Of a stretch of DNA of 64,000 nt, positions 62,718 to 64,000 are shown piece by piece. The notes under the pieces are model-generated. The model saw nothing but the letters and a program-made list of their open reading frames with translations, had not been told where the DNA came from and searched no databases. The translations under genes and the position numbers were made by a program. Origin of the DNA: Octopus sinensis. Lineage: Eukaryota. Position 1 is the stretch's first letter. Each line of letters opens with the position of its first letter. The stretch is from the NCBI RefSeq assembly GCF_006345805.1, contig NC_043000.1, positions 110,174,001 through 110,238,000 on the forward strand. The letters run 5' to 3'.

Positions 62718-63577
62718 ACTAGACTCTCTCCCCAATGCCGTTATTACTAATTTTCTGTTTTGCCATGCATGTCTATTGTTTATCTCCCAATCACTCCATC
62801 TTCTCAATTCCTGCTGTACATTGTTGCCAATGTAACTAAGAATCCTACTGCCTCTTTTCTGACCTTGTCCTTAACAGCCCTTTCATTGGCATAGGAAGCA
62901 CTTATTTTTCATTTCCTCAGTCGACCCTTTAATCACTCAACAGTGTTTTTTAGTCTATGCTTACATGGCTACATTAAACCACTTCTAATCTACCATTTCC
63001 CCTTCCACCCCCTTTCCTGCCACTCTACTCTTGCTCCTCCTCTCCTATATAACATAAGCTGCAGTCAGCACTCTGTTGTTTGGGTCACATAAACCTCTGT
63101 GACACCACACTCCTGTATATATCTGTATTGCCTTTGATATATTCACATCTATCTCAGAAGGCTGAGTACTCCTACCACTCCACTGCTTAATGCACTTCCC
63201 TCTCAACCCCTATCCTCCATGCTTTTCCCCTTGTTAAGAAGCTGGTGAGTTTCCAGACATGGGGTTTTGTGGCACTTTTAGTAATGCCAAGGACATAGCG
63301 ACCCCTTTAGTGCTGGTGCCATGTAATACATGCTTAGTACACTTTGTAAAGAATATGGTTGTCAGGATTTTTTAGTCTGCATTTGGTAAACTGTGTGTTC
63401 AGCTGCCCACTGTGGTGAATGTGGCCTCCATCACTAAGAATTCATCTGGACCATGAAATTAGGTGAGGATCAATCAAGGGTTCAGAAGGTGTAGTCAGTT
63501 CCTTTAATCATTTGAGAAACTGCACTTTCTTAAATGCAAGTCCCGAGTCAATGTGTGTGTGTGTGTGTGTGTGTGCG

Positions 63578-63836
63578 CGCGAGGGAGTACCCAAAAGTAA
63601 CTGGAAACGTTCTCTGTGGAACAAATGCATTGTAGTTCAGGCTTCTGTCATTAGAAGCCACTTGATGTGACCCTCAGGCATCAGTCTGCGAAATGGCGGT
63701 AGCGGTTGTTGTTGTACTTCTGCTCATAAATTTTTGTGATGCTTGATATGAAGGAACAGCATGCTTCCCTGAAATTCTGTTTCTTGCAAGGGAAAATGGC
63801 AGCTGAAACAGTTGTCATGCTTCAAACAGCTTACAA

Positions 63837-63840
<4 letters not shown>
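63578..63840 (+). pseudogene. mariner (irritans-like) 5' end
   Basis: CGAGGG terminus, MKEQHASLKFCFLQGKMAAETVVMLQTAYK, truncated by (TA)n. Confidence 0.7.
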
Positions 63841-63876
<36 letters not shown>

Positions 63877-64000
63877 ACACACACACACACACACACTCAT
63901 GTAAGTGTGTGCATGTGTGTATGTATGTTTGTATACATACATAATCCAGGTGGTCTTTGTTAGAAAAACATCAAAGAAGGTGACATTTACCTAAGTGTTC

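Overview
AT-rich, repeat-saturated animal genomic DNA. The SINE and LINE families and the (TA/CA/ATT)n load look like an octopod cephalopod (Octopus-like); this is my recognition, not a database result. No intact, recognisable host gene is present, and most ORF-track entries are microsatellite translations. The window holds dozens of tRNA-derived SINEs, many 5'-truncated RTE LINE ends, a stack of R4/Dong-type RLE LINE ends in (TAA)n, a CRE-like RLE remnant, a Penelope GIY-YIG fragment with inverted arms, an internally deleted Gypsy, four Helitron-type non-autonomous elements, piggyBac MITEs, and decayed mariner, Tc1 and pogo transposases. A few weak exon and promoter candidates are listed at low confidence. 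The main signal is eight type-I hammerhead-ribozyme-like motifs from four unrelated short element families: 11.3k, 19.6k, two at 39.9-40.0k, 47.2k, 59.7k, 60.2k and 60.6k. Two pairs sit head-to-head as palindromes. One family carries a tRNA/Pol III head, one has the C3-G8 core pair swapped to G3-C8, and one has U at the conserved A6. This suggests a diverse set of Penelope-mobilised, retrozyme-like RNAs. All folds were done by eye, and cleavage is untested. Repeat boundaries are approximate (about +/-10-20 bp) unless a TSD or terminus is quoted.
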